A stretch of DNA of 64,000 nt from Camelus ferus. Its lineage: Eukaryota. A model generated the notes under the pieces. That model saw only the letters and a list, made by a program, of their open reading frames with translations, ran no database searches and had not been told where the DNA came from. This document shows positions 28,111 through 39,360 of the stretch, one piece after another. Within the stretch, counting starts at the first letter, position 1. Every line of letters begins with the position of its first letter. The stretch covers positions 19,966,001-20,030,000 of the forward strand of contig NC_045697.1 of the NCBI RefSeq assembly GCF_009834535.1. Direction: 5' to 3'. A program made the position numbers and the translations under genes.

Positions 28111-28400
28111 GCAGCTCCAACCATCTAACAAAGGATTCTAAAACTACAAATATTTGTCTCGTTATTAAAATGCAATAGAATCATTAAACTTAATTTTCCC
28201 ATGTTTATTATTTAATAATATTCTATGTATTTTTTTCTGTTGTAGTTAACAGTTAAATACTTAAAATAGGACGTTTATAAGTTAATCTTCTTAAGAATTA
28301 AAAAAAAAGTAGAAAATTCTATTTGATAGTCAGATTTGGGGAGTAGTAAAAGAACCTCAAAAAACATCTTAGATTTGAATGAACGAAAGGAAAATGAAAC

Positions 28401-28876
28401 TGTTGACTGAAATAAATGCTCAGCCTAAAAGCTGAGAGTTATGTTTTATTTGGCGGGAGGACTCAAGCCGGGATGACAGCCTCTCAGATCGCTCTGAGGG
28501 ACTGCTCCGAAAAGGTAGGGGAGGAGCTAGGATATATAGGAGCTTTACAATAAAGACCAGGTAGTTGGAACAATAAAAGATTACTTGTTATCTAAAGAAA
28601 ACCAGGCATCTCAAGTTAAAGAATTTAACATTTTTCTATGTATGGGGGAAAGCAAACATTTGAGTTCATTGAATTCATTCTTTTGACAAGCACCTAGCTA
28701 TCTAGGGCCAGTATCCCATCCTTTCTTATTCTGAGTCCCCTCAGGGTGCACCATTGTGAGTGGCTGCAGAGGCTGGGCTGCGGGCTTGTGTTCACTGGGG
28801 GATGGTAGCAACCACTGATGACTTGGTTTCAGCATTCTTTGTTTACTGATATGGTTTGCAGAATTTTTTGTTCACA
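28401..28876 (-). mobile_element. Young lineage-specific ERV1-type solo LTR
   Basis: Minus strand TGTGAAC...TCAACA, TATA-like tatatat (about 28535) and AATAAA (about 28450); several CpGs retained. Confidence 0.85.
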
Positions 28877-30515
28877 AGGCTAAGAACAAGACAAGAATAA
28901 TGGCAACATAACCAGTTTGGTTGCAGAATCCCTGTTTATTAGGATGTAAGTGTGTAAAGATTTTTGTTGTCTGGCTGCTTTCAACTGAGCTCTACTGAAT
29001 CTCCCATCTGTCCCAGCTCACAGAGACTCTTCGTACTTGAGATGGTTTTCACAACTCCTCTGCTCCTTTTGGCCTTTAAAATTTAGTTCAATCAATTCTT
29101 TAAACTTGAATCACCTATCAAATCCAAAGTTCTTTTCCTCCTCCCTCACAGGCAAGTCTACTGTGTAGGAACAAATGGTCTTCTCTCGTAACACCCCCCC
29201 TTTTTTTTTTCTCCTCGTTTCTTCTTCTCTGAAATTCTATATTTTCCAGGATTTCATACTAGCACTTGGCCTGAAATTGAAAATGGATTTAAAAAAATGA
29301 AAAAAGAGGGAAAGAATAGCCTCTCAAAATACTCCAATCTTTACCTAGAGAATGCTTATGTACAACATGCTTTCTCCTATCCACTGGCTGCCTGTCTGTC
29401 TGTCTACCTATCTGTCTATCTAGATGTTCAGAAAAAACTGAAATTATAAATAAGGTGATCAAAATTTCTCCAGCAGTTATACAGTTATACTCAGAACAAC
29501 TTTTTATGACCCTCCTTGAGATCCTAATACATTTGTGTTTGTCACACTCTGTAAATACCAGTGTGCTGTGACTGTTTTAAAAAGCATGGTGACGATTAAT
29601 CTTTGTATATTAGACTTCAGTGGATTTTGCATTGCGGATAAAAAAGCAACTATTGATGTGGTTGCAGTAGACCTTAAAGATAATTTAGACAAGAGAGATA
29701 ATGTGATATACCCAAATCCATCATGGGCTGTGGCTAGAATTCTCCTCTCCTATTTCTTACATCAATTTCTTAAAATGTGAATTAATCGGTAGTGGAAAAG
29801 TATTAGATTTATTATTCACATGTATAAAATACATAGATACAGAGCTTGGCTGTTTCATTTGATATATTTAATAAAGGAAATGACAAGGAATAAAATGTCT
29901 CCTAGCACCTGCATCACAGACGTTAGCAGAGGCGGAAAGACTCAGCACCATTATAGACTGGTGTATTAAAGCAGTGCTGCTTGGTCACATCTTACTCAAA
30001 TGCAGTTCTGACAGATATTAGTGAGTATGAGCGAGAGAGAAAAAGTTACTTGAAGATTCTTGGGAAGGTACCGAGGGTTGGATGGAGAGCGAAGTCTGGA
30101 ATGGGGATGTTAGGGGCTTGAGCATCAGCTCGCTCTCTCTCTCAACCCCATCTCCCTTTCTCTCTCTTTAGCTTTGAACTTTATTCCCATTCACTTTGGA
30201 GGGACTTCTTACAGGAGAGTGGCCTGCACTCACATTTTCCGATCCCCGCAATCGGAATGAGAAGGAACCATTGTGGCAAGCTACAGTACAATAAAACGAG
30301 AAAGGGCACAACTCGGTTTCTCGTGGGAGATTTCCTATCAAGGAACTATTTCCTCTGGCTGTGTAGGTGGGGTGAGGCAATCAGAAGACAGCTTGCTTTC
30401 AGCCCTCTTTACTTTTCTGGAATAATGAAGACTTGTTTCTCAAAGTGGCTGGGGTGAGTTACCAATGACCCCAGAAAGAATCAGTGGAAGTTAGGTAGAC
30501 GCTCCTCCCCAACCT

Positions 30516-30549
30516 CCACCACCATCATCACCACCACCACCACCATCAT
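30516..30549. repeat. (CAC/CAT)n trinucleotide repeat
   Basis: Direct observation. Confidence 0.85.
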
Positions 30550-30946
30550 TTGAGTAGACTAATCTGTTTAACATGATGTGTTGGATAAAAGCATGCTCAA
30601 CATAATCTAAGAGTAGGCTTCCAATACCATAGACCACTGCTTATTTCTTAGTTACAAGCATGGGACAATTCCACTGAAATTTTCCTTTATTTGATTCTGA
30701 AAGGTCATTGATATTTCTATTCCAAATCAAATCACATAGCAATATGAAAATGCTCAGAGATACAGGGTTGCATGAATGGTTTTGAATATTCCTGCAGGGT
30801 GTAACAGCAGAGCTGACTGGGGACCCTCAGGCCCCCCGCTAGGCACAGCCACACCATTTATTACATGCCGCATTAGGGATGAAATAACAAGCTTGATATT
30901 AAATTGGCAAAAAAACCCAAAACCAAGAAACAAAAATCAGCTCACT

Positions 30947-31545
30947 TGTTACTGAAGCATAGGTCCTTGTTTCATCACAGAGAGAATTCAGAGACAGACA
31001 GGGAGGCCAAGTAAGCAAAGCCGGGATTTCTTAAGTGACAGTACAGTCCCAGGAGGGTGAGCAGGCAGACTCAGGGGAGCAGCTGCTCTGAGTTCCTTTG
31101 GCAGGTTGGTTATATGTGGTGTGAAAATGACTGGGCTGAATATTCATCGAGGAGGGAGAGGGGTTTCGGGGGTACTTCCCTGGTTTTCATCCCAGCTCCA
31201 CCTTCTGGAAGGGGTGGGGAGTTTTTGTCCTTATTTGGTCTTGCTCAGAAGTGTCATGGCATCAATGCCTCATGGGTACTTCTTATTTGCAAGGCTGATG
31301 TTACTGTAATGAGGGCATAATGAGCAAAAGGTTGCATTCAGAGTGCTGGAGGTTCCCACCTTTCTTTGTTTGCCTCTAAGACCCCTGTTGTAGCTCACAA
31401 GATGTATGGTTTCCTGTCAGCCCAGAGGTTCCTGCTTTTCTTTGTTTGCCCCTAAGACCCCTGTTGTCTCAAGATGAATGGTTTCCTGCCACTTGACCCA
31501 TGCCCTCCCTCTCTGCTCAGGTCTGGCTAACTGCCTGCTCTAACA
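30947..31545 (-). mobile_element. ERV1-type solo LTR with an internal direct repeat
   Basis: TGTTA...TAACA ends; flanks cact/ctct; termini resemble the LTR at 62919-63481. Confidence 0.82.
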
Positions 31546-31565
31546 CTCTCACATATTGCTGCACA

Positions 31566-34115
31566 TTTTTAAAAACTTTTTTTGGTATGACAGTTTTTTT
31601 AAAGCAAGTTAAGATTCACAGCACATTGAGGGAAAGGTGCAACGGTTTCCCATCTATTCCCTGACACCACATGTGTGTAACCTCCCTGTTGTTAACGTCT
31701 CCCACCAGGGCGGCACATTTGTTACAAACGATGAACCTACACTGATACATCACGAATACCCAAAGCCCACAGTTTGCATTAGGGATCACTCTTGTCATAC
31801 CTTCTGTGGGTTTGAACAGCTGTATAATGACATGTAGCAGTTGTCGACTGAAAAATATGTACAACGTGAGAGTTGGGAGTGGAGTTTTATTTGGGGCAAA
31901 TTGAGGACTAGATCCTGGGAGACGGCATCTCAGACAGCTCTGAGGAACTGCTCCGAAGAGGTGAGAGGAGCGTCAGTATTACGTGTGGTTTTAGTGAAGG
32001 CGGGGTACATGAAGTCAAGCACACATTCTGGAAGAGGCTTGCAAGGAGCAGATGTCTCTGGTCATGATTTTAGTGCTTTTCTAGATATGAGAAGATGTAA
32101 GAATTTGGGCTCATAAAATCTTTTGACAATATCTATCTGAAGGCCTGTTCTGCCAGTTTTTCCCAGAACACAGAGCTCTTCATTCCAGATCTCCACCCTG
32201 ACCTCCTTTCAGGGTGTGTTGAGGGTGAGTGGCTGCAGCAGTTTGTGATTTTAATCCTGTAAAGACTCATGGTGAGTGCTAGTTTTTAGTTGGCGCCATC
32301 ATGAGGATATCATCCGTAGTATTTCCACTGCCTGAAAAATCCCCTGTGTTCTATCTGTTCCTTTTAACCCCTGGTAACTCTGATCTTTTAACTGTCTCCA
32401 TAGTTTTACCTTTTCCAGAATATAGTATATTTGGAATCTTGTAGTATGTAGCCTTTTCAGATTTGCTTATTTCAGTTAGTAATATGCATTTACGTTTCTT
32501 CGTGTCTTTTTATAACTTGATAATTCATTTCTTTTTAGTGCTGAATAATCTTCCATTGTCAGATGTACCACTGTTTATTTATCCATTCACCTACTGAAGG
32601 ATGTCTTGGTTGCCTCCAAGTTTTGGCAGTTATAAATAAAAAGCTACGGTAAAAATCTGTGTGCAGGCATTTGTGTGGACCTAAGTTTTCAACTCCTTTG
32701 GGTAAATGCTAAGGAGATCAGTTGCTGGATCACATGGTAAAAGTATGTTTAGCTTTGTGAGAAACTGCCCAACTGTCTTCCAAAGTGGCCGTACCGTTTT
32801 GCATTCCCACCAACAATGGATGAGAGTTCCTGTTGCTCCATGTCCTTGTCAGCATTTGGTGTTGTCAGTGTTCTAGATTTTGGTCATTCTAATAGGTGTG
32901 TGGTAATATTTAATTGTTTTAATTTTGAATTTTCATAATGACATGTTATATAAGCATCTTTTCACGTGCTTATTTGACATCTGTATCTTCTTTACTGAGG
33001 TGTCTATTAAGGTCTTTGGCCCATTTTTTAAATTGCATTTTAATTTTTTTATTGTTGAGTTTTAAGAGTTCTTTGTATATTTTGGATAATAGTCTTTTAT
33101 TAAGTCGTGTCTTTTGCAAATGCTTCATCTGACAATTTGGTTTGTCTTATTTTCTTGACATTGTCTTTTGTGGAGCATAATTTTTTAATTTTAGTGATAT
33201 CCAAGTTATCAATTACTTCTTTTATTGAGCCTGCCTTTAATGTTTTATCTAAAAAATTGTGTCATCATACCTAATGTCATCTAGTTTTTCTACTGTGTTA
33301 TCTTTTAGCAATTTTATGGTTTTGCATTTTACCTTTGGGTCTGTGATCCATTTTGAGTTCAATTTTGTGAAAGCCGTAAGGTCTGTGTCATTTTTTTTTA
33401 AATATGCAGTTGTTCAGTTGTCCCAGAATTGTTTGTTGAAAAGACTATCTTTGCTCCTTTATCAAAGATTAGTTGCGAATGTATCTCTATATATTTCTAT
33501 TTCTGGGCTCCCTGTGGTATTCTGTTGATGTATTGGTCTATTCTTTCACCAACACCACACTATATTGATTTCTATAGCTTTATAGTAAGTCTTAAAGTTG
33601 GGTAGTGTCAGTTCTGCAACTTTGTTCCTCTCCTTCAATGTTGTGCTGGCAGTGCTGGATCTTTCCTCTTTCCTTATAACTTTAGATTCGATTTTTCAGT
33701 ATCCACATTAAAACTTGCTGGAATTTTGTTTGGGATTACACTGAATCAAGTTGGGAAAAACTGACATATTGGCGATATTAAGTCTTCTTTAAGAACATAG
33801 CCTCTCTACATTTATTTACTTCTCTTTGCCTTTGTTTGTCAGAGTTTTATCATTTTCCTCAAAGAGTTCTTTGCATATTTCATTAGGTTTATACCTAAGT
33901 GTTATACTTTTTTTGGGTGCTAATGTAAATGATATTGCAGTTTTAGTTTCAAATTCGACTTGTCCATTGCTCATATAGAGGAAAAAACAATTAAATTTTG
34001 TATATTAACCATATATCCTACAACCTTACCATAATTGCTTACAAGTTCCAGTAGTTTTTACATTTTTTTCAGACGTTCTACATAGATAGTCGCATCATCT
34101 GTAAACAAGGACTGT
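31566..34115 (-). mobile_element. LINE-1 3' portion (L1MC1-like), interrupted by an LTR
   Basis: L1MC-type 3' UTR (atttgttacaaacgatgaacctacactgatacatca) then antisense ORF2 (aactgtcttccaaagtggccgtaccgttttgcattcccacc). Confidence 0.9.
31842..32295 (-). mobile_element. ERV1-type solo LTR nested in the L1 3' UTR; related to 28401-28876
   Basis: Shares tgtcgactgaaaaa...ttttatttgg...ctcagacagctctgaggaactgctccgaa with the 28401 LTR; L1 sequence resumes after it. Confidence 0.82.
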
Positions 34116-34124
34116 TTGGTTTCC

Positions 34125-34450
34125 GTGATATTCCTGGAACATTCCAGGCTAACTCCTGCTTCAGAGTCTTTCCTCTTACTATTTCTTGTACGTGGGGGTT
34201 CTTATAGATACAGTTATGGCTTGCTCCCTTACCTCTGTACCCTTTCAGATCTTTACTCAAACATCATCTTCTTTCTAAGAAGGCTCTTATTTTCTAATAT
34301 TACAGCACATACCGTAGTGAACTACAGTGTTCATGCTTCTGGCTGTTTCACTGGATGATAAGCTAGCTGGTGCCAAGCACTCTGTTTTATAGTCCTCACG
34401 GTGTAGCAGACATCTGGCAGAGTGCATGGCATCTAGCAGCTTCATGAGGT
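34125..34450 (+). mobile_element. LINE-2 3' fragments
   Basis: ttcctggaacattccaggctaactcctgcttcagagtcttt; cagagtgcatggcatctagcag. Confidence 0.5.
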
Positions 34451-34599
34451 AGAAACATACACATCCATGGTGTCGTGGTGGAGGGTACTCGTTTGGAATG
34501 AGACCAATATATCACTGAATCCTGTTTCCCTCACTTTACACTTGTCTTAATTTGCTCAGATGCCAATTGATTCATCATTTTACTCCTTTTTAAAATTAG

Positions 34600-35012
34600 T
34601 TTTATTAGTTATTTTGCTGAGACACTCATTTGCAATTGCTTCATATGTAAAAATGGGGAAAATAAAAGCAGCGAGCTCAGAGGACGGTTGTGAGCATGCA
34701 AGTGCCTATTGTAGCGTCTGACACATGGAAAGTGCTCAGGGAACCTTAGCTGTTGGCGTAGCACGAGGGGTGGGGGGCGTGGACTCCAGAGCAAACCATC
34801 TAGATTTGAATGGCAGCCTCATCAGGCGAGCTGGGTGACGCAAGTGGCTTCACCTCTGCAACTCGTATGCTTATCTGTAAAAATTGAGATTATAATAGTT
34901 TATAACTTATAGAATTATTCTGAGAATTATTTGAGTTATACAAGGATATACATAAAATAGCTCTTGGTTCCTATAATAAGCACTTTATAAACATTTATTA
35001 TTATTTATTTGC
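34600..35012 (+). mobile_element. Two adjacent MIR fragments
   Basis: ttcatatgtaaaatgggg...cacatggaaagtgctcag; ttatctgtaaaaattgagattataatag...taagcactttataaacatt. Confidence 0.6.
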
Positions 35013-35224
35013 AAATTGCGATTGGGGGCTTTATTTACACCTGTATTTCCAAGCTCTGCCAATAGATTTCTTTTTTTCTTTTTTTTTTTTAGTATAGGAT
35101 TAATTTCTTGTTTTTTTTTTTAATTGAACTGTAATCAGTTACAAGGTGACAATTCTTTTATTTTAATACATTTTTTTCCAATCTGTGGGAAAATCCTGAA
35201 ATGTAAGTATACACCTACCACAGC

Positions 35225-35665
35225 CTTATTTCAGTCTCTTACCATGCTGGGTCTGGATGATTGCCACAGTCTCCTAATGGCCTCCTGTTTTCCTGTTTTC
35301 TTTCTCCCGAATCCATCCTCTAACTTTCCTTTAGGTGATCTCCCTGATAGCCGCTCCCATCCTTAAAGTGCCTCAATGACCTTCTCCTGCATAAATAAAT
35401 TTCCTGCGTTAGGACACTCAACTATATTACTTGGTTTCTTTTTTCTCTTTTAATATCTTTACAATCATAGAAGGCCCCTCCATTTCCTACCTGTCATTCT
35501 TACACCTTTGGATTTTTTCATATATTGTTTCTTCTACTTAGAATTCTTTTCTCTCGTCTCTCTGATTTTGCCTTCTCGACTCCTGTCTAGCCTTCAAGAC
35601 TCAGCACACATGACATTTTCCCTATTACTCCCCACACAACATAAGCCCAGTTAAGCAACCTGACC
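35225..35665 (+). mobile_element. LINE-2 fragment
   Basis: ctggatgattgccacagtctcctaatggcctcc; ccttcaagactcagc. Confidence 0.55.
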
Positions 35666-35723
35666 CTGTGGTCTAAGAACAGGCCACTGATATTTGTGTT
35701 TTTATTTGTTTTATCGACTTGAT

Positions 35724-35852
35724 TTTCTTTTCTCCTCTCCTCTCCTCTCCTCTCCTCTCCTCTCCTCTCCTCTCCTCTCCTCTCCTTTCCTTTCCTTTCT
35801 TTCATTCCTTTCCTTCCTCTCTTTCTTTCCTTCCTTCCTTTCTCTCTTTCTT
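35724..35852. repeat. (CTCCT)n/(CTTT)n polypyrimidine microsatellite
   Basis: Direct observation. Confidence 0.95.
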
Positions 35853-36599
35853 CATCTGAACAGCAAATGTGGAGCCTTACTTTTCCTTGCATCTGCAACA
35901 CCTTCCAAAAATGCTAGTTGTGAATAGGTTTTTATCAAAGAAAGGCAAATGGTCTTTGCAATTATGCAGCGCTTATTAAATAACACTAGTGACTACCTTT
36001 TTCTAAAAATGTAGCACCTGTCTTAAATCCATTGTGAAACACATAGATGCAACGTTCCACTTCCTTCCCCGTAAGTCCTGAGGGATGCACTTTCCGTTGA
36101 TTATAAGATTTGATACAAATTTAAAGACTCTCTGGTCTTAGGAAATTATGTGTAAATGGTATTTTAATACGAAGCTAAATGTTCATGTAACATTATGGAA
36201 ATAAGAACACAAATCAAATGCTGTGAATTAGACCCGGATGATGAAGGAAGCTGTGAAGCTTTCTCTACAATGTCAGAAACATCAGGTCAATTCAAGAATT
36301 TGATGAAAACTCAAATAAACTATTTCCTAGTATCACTAGCCTATGGTACAGAGAGGAATAAACGACCAGCTTCAAATCAGAGAACCTGGCCAGAATCTAT
36401 GTCTTTAAGCTAATAATTGCTTAATACAATCTAGAGGGAGATAATACTCTTTAGAATACGGTTACTTTTTTAAAGGTGTCCAACACTTTCCCAAAGTATG
36501 CTTAAATTATAACTGCCATTTTATTTGTAGAAGAGCTTCCTGAAAGCAGTTGATCATTATGATCCTTACTTGCCTTTCTTTTAATTAATCATGCAAAAT

Positions 36600-36800
36600 A
36601 CAACTGGCTTTGAAATTAAATGGCCTTGTGTTGAAACAGAACTCTTACTGGAACTGGTTATGCGAGCTTGGATAAATTATTTACGTTTTCCAAGCCTCAG
36701 TTCCTACATGCCTCATGGGTAAAATAAACATAATAACAACGTCCTCAATGAATTCTGGGAAATATGATTGAAGCTATTGTATCATTTAAAAACTTTCAGT
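36600..36800 (+). mobile_element. MIR
   Basis: gagcttggataaattatttacgttttccaagcctcagtt. Confidence 0.6.
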
Positions 36801-37256
36801 TGCGTTAATAGAAGATCTCAGTAGTGAAGGTAAAAGAGTGTTAATTAATGCATGAATTATTGAAATGAAATTGAGCAAACTGAGTCAAGCACCAGTCCCT
36901 GAGCAAACTGCCCAGGTGGCTAGCGAAACAGACTGGGCTTACTGGCTATGGCCTGGGTGCCATGTCCTTCTTTATCATTCAGGGTTCAATCGTGGAAGCA
37001 TAATTACATATTCAGTAGGTTATGACATGTAAGTATTAGGGATTTGGCCTTGTGCAAATGTTGGGTTGGGTTAAGCAGCCTCTGCAAAGCTGTTCCCTTC
37101 TGTTTACATAACTAATGATGATGAGCTTGAAGTCAGAGGGCAAGCAGTGAGGAAGGTAAGATGAGTGTACAGAGCAAGCTGGAACCCACAAACACAAACC
37201 AAAAGCCTAGGAAGAGAGACCGAATCCTGTGTCAGTCCTTCCTGCCCCGGCTGTTT

Positions 37257-38230
37257 TGTTAGAGGAAGCTACTGAGAAGACATAATTGCCAACTGCTTTG
37301 CAAGCTGGACCCAGGCGATCGGAGGCTCCTCACTCCCCACCCCGTCCTAGGAATGTACATTCTGTCCAGAGTTATCACAGCTGGAGCCATTTTCAGAGAC
37401 ACAACCTTGAGAGAGCAGTGTGTTGTCAAGGCCATCTGGATGGTTCTCATGACTCAACCCGGTTAAGGACTCTCCATAAACTTTTAAGACAGACAGTTGC
37501 ATGCAGAGATCTACTTTTTTTTTTTTTTTGCCACCACCCAAGCAAAGTCCCGTATGTGAGATCCCTTGCTTTTTAAACCTGCCTCCTACCAATCTAGAGC
37601 GGTCTGCCTCAATCTCCAATCTTTCCTTGTCCTCCGTGTACAGAGGAGTTTCAGATTTTACCTGGGAAGTCTCTGAAGTTTTGAACCAACAGTTGGTGAG
37701 CCAACCAGGAGAACAAAGCAATGGGACTTTGGAAAGAGACATCTGCTGGGGAGATCCTGGGCTGGCCATTGACTTCTCAGTGGCTCATATGTTAGATGCT
37801 TGTGGATTGACATGTGAGTACAGTGTTGCCCCCAAACTGCCGGCTGGTTAGATGCACTTGTTTGAGGAACTGTGTACAAGGCTCTGTGACATAGAAGAGA
37901 AACAAATGGTTGTTGCATTGGGCAGTCTCTCCTGTGGGCAGGTTGGCTAGAGAAGGATGCCCAACCAGAGGCTGAAGCTCCAGTTAGAAAGTTGGAAGAA
38001 GAGCTGAGGTTAGAGAGGGACACACAGGTGTTCACTGCTCTGCCAACTTTGGGGCTGGCAGACAAGGTGGGAGAACAGGATAATAAACTGAAGACCTTAA
38101 TGCATCATTTTGCAAAACTAGGAGGGAGCAAGCTGCTGCAGATTAAGGTCTGAACACTTGTGACAAAGCCTGATTGGGATGCCAGGGGGTGGAATCCTTG
38201 GGAGAGTGAGGACAGCTAAGAGGAGGATGT
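37257..38230 (+). mobile_element. 5' end of an ERVL-class provirus: LTR (37257-37691), PBS and gag N-terminal remnant
   Basis: TGTTAG...CCAACA LTR homologous to 27465-27862; PBS at 37694-37711; gag-like RKLEEELRLERD...KV*TLVTKPDWDARGWNPWESED, resembling the ERVL gag KVRALIGKEWDP motif. Confidence 0.8.
37694..37711 (+). other. Retroviral primer-binding site, tRNA-Arg(ACG)-type
   Basis: tggtgagccaaccaggag, 2 nt after the LTR end; 16/18 match to TGGCGAGCCAGCCAGGAG, the complement of the tRNA-Arg(ACG) 3' end. Confidence 0.8.
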
Positions 38231-38488
38231 TGTGGTGGTGGACAATGAAAGGAACAGAACTCCCTGTGCTGCCCAGCCTCTAATACATAGGAAAGCGAAA
38301 GCACAGAAACAACCACCCATCCCCACAAAATATCTGTCTTTTCAATCATTGACTTCTGCTGTCCAGTCATGGGACGGGCACCTGACGGAAATGCCTTCCT
38401 ATAGTACACCCACTTGTATGCCAAGCAGATAAACCAAACTGTTTGGTGTGTGGTTATACTATGGAAGCCAGGGTTTGTCCTCACTAAG

Positions 38489-38490
<2 letters not shown>

Positions 38491-38534
<44 letters not shown>
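38491..38534. repeat. (CA)n microsatellite
   Basis: Direct observation. Confidence 0.95.
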
Positions 38535-38536
<2 letters not shown>

Positions 38537-38976
38537 CTAACCCAGGAGTCAGAGAAACTGTGGAAGAATCCAGCAGAAGTTTGAGCAGTTGGCAAACCCA
38601 GTGCTGTCTCAAACTAAAGAAGTAAGTCAGCAGACCAACAACAATATGTATGAACTACAGAATGGCTGCTGCTTCCTTTCTGCCTTCCAAATTTCCCAAC
38701 AATCTTCATGAGGCCACTTGAAGAAACATACAATAAAGAGAATTCTGGTAAATATAGTTCATCCTAGGAAATGAACACATCACAGAGCCTCCACACAGCT
38801 TTAGAGCTAGGGTAGGAATCAGCCTCTGCAAAGAGCAAAGAATGAGACTCAGAGAAGATTATATTCTTACTGAAAGAATGGACAATGCAGATGTGGTGGT
38901 GACAGCAAGATATCTCCAGTGGATCTATTTAAATTGTCCAAGGTTGAGCCTACTGCAGGATGAACACTCTTTCTTG

Positions 38977-39360
38977 ATTTTACTTCTTCTCTTCCAATTT
39001 GGATCCCTCTTATTTTATTTTATTGTCTGATTGCTATGGCTTGGACTTCCAGTACTGTGTTGAGTAGCAGTGTTGAGAGTGAGCATTCTTGTCTTGGTCA
39101 ACATTTTAGCAGAAATGCTTTTATATTTTCAACATTAAGTATTAAGTTGACTGTTTGGTAGTGTCTTTGGTTTTGGTATCAGGGTGATGGTTGCTTCATA
39201 GACTGAGCTTGGGAGTGTTCTCTTCAGTCCTTTGGAAGATTCTGAGAGGGACTGATACAAGTTCTTCTTTGTATTTTTGATAGAATTCCCCAGTGAAGTT
39301 GTCTGGTCTTGATTTTTGTTTGCAGGAAGTTTTTTTTTTTTTTTTGTATTACTTATTCTA
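38977..39360 (-). mobile_element. Inverted 5' segment of the young L1 (ORF2)
   Basis: Antisense ORF2: [17 protein letters not shown] and GIQIGREEV; abuts the sense segment. Confidence 0.9.

Larger units (their letters stand above)
36975..38800 (-). mobile_element. Ancient ERVL-class LTR in two pieces (about 36975-37256 and 38535-38800) flanking a younger ERV
   Basis: agggttcaatcgtggaagca...gcaagctggaacccacaaac and cccaggagtcagagaaactg...gaattctggtaaatatagttc; exact family uncertain. Confidence 0.45.

Noticed and set aside
29535..29780. Protein-like ORF (DFSGFCIADKKATIDVVAVDLKDNLDK) after a possible acceptor (tattag)
   Set aside because: Weak polypyrimidine tract, no clear donor and no family I recognise; a tBLASTx or RNA-seq hit would be needed.
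31349..31491. Direct repeats as a CRISPR-like array
   Set aside because: Only two contiguous copies without spacers, inside a retroviral LTR in mammalian DNA.
35587..35927. Charged and Ser/Leu-repeat ORFs
   Set aside because: Translations of the (CTCCT)n/(CTTT)n microsatellite.
27465..37691. The two homologous LTRs as the ends of one 10-kb provirus
   Set aside because: The left copy has its own TSD, the PBS follows the right copy, the two are clearly diverged, and the intervening DNA is unrelated.
38143..38595. Longest ORF in the window (150 aa, minus strand)
   Set aside because: Held open by the (CA)n microsatellite (VCVCVC) and overlaps ERV remnants.
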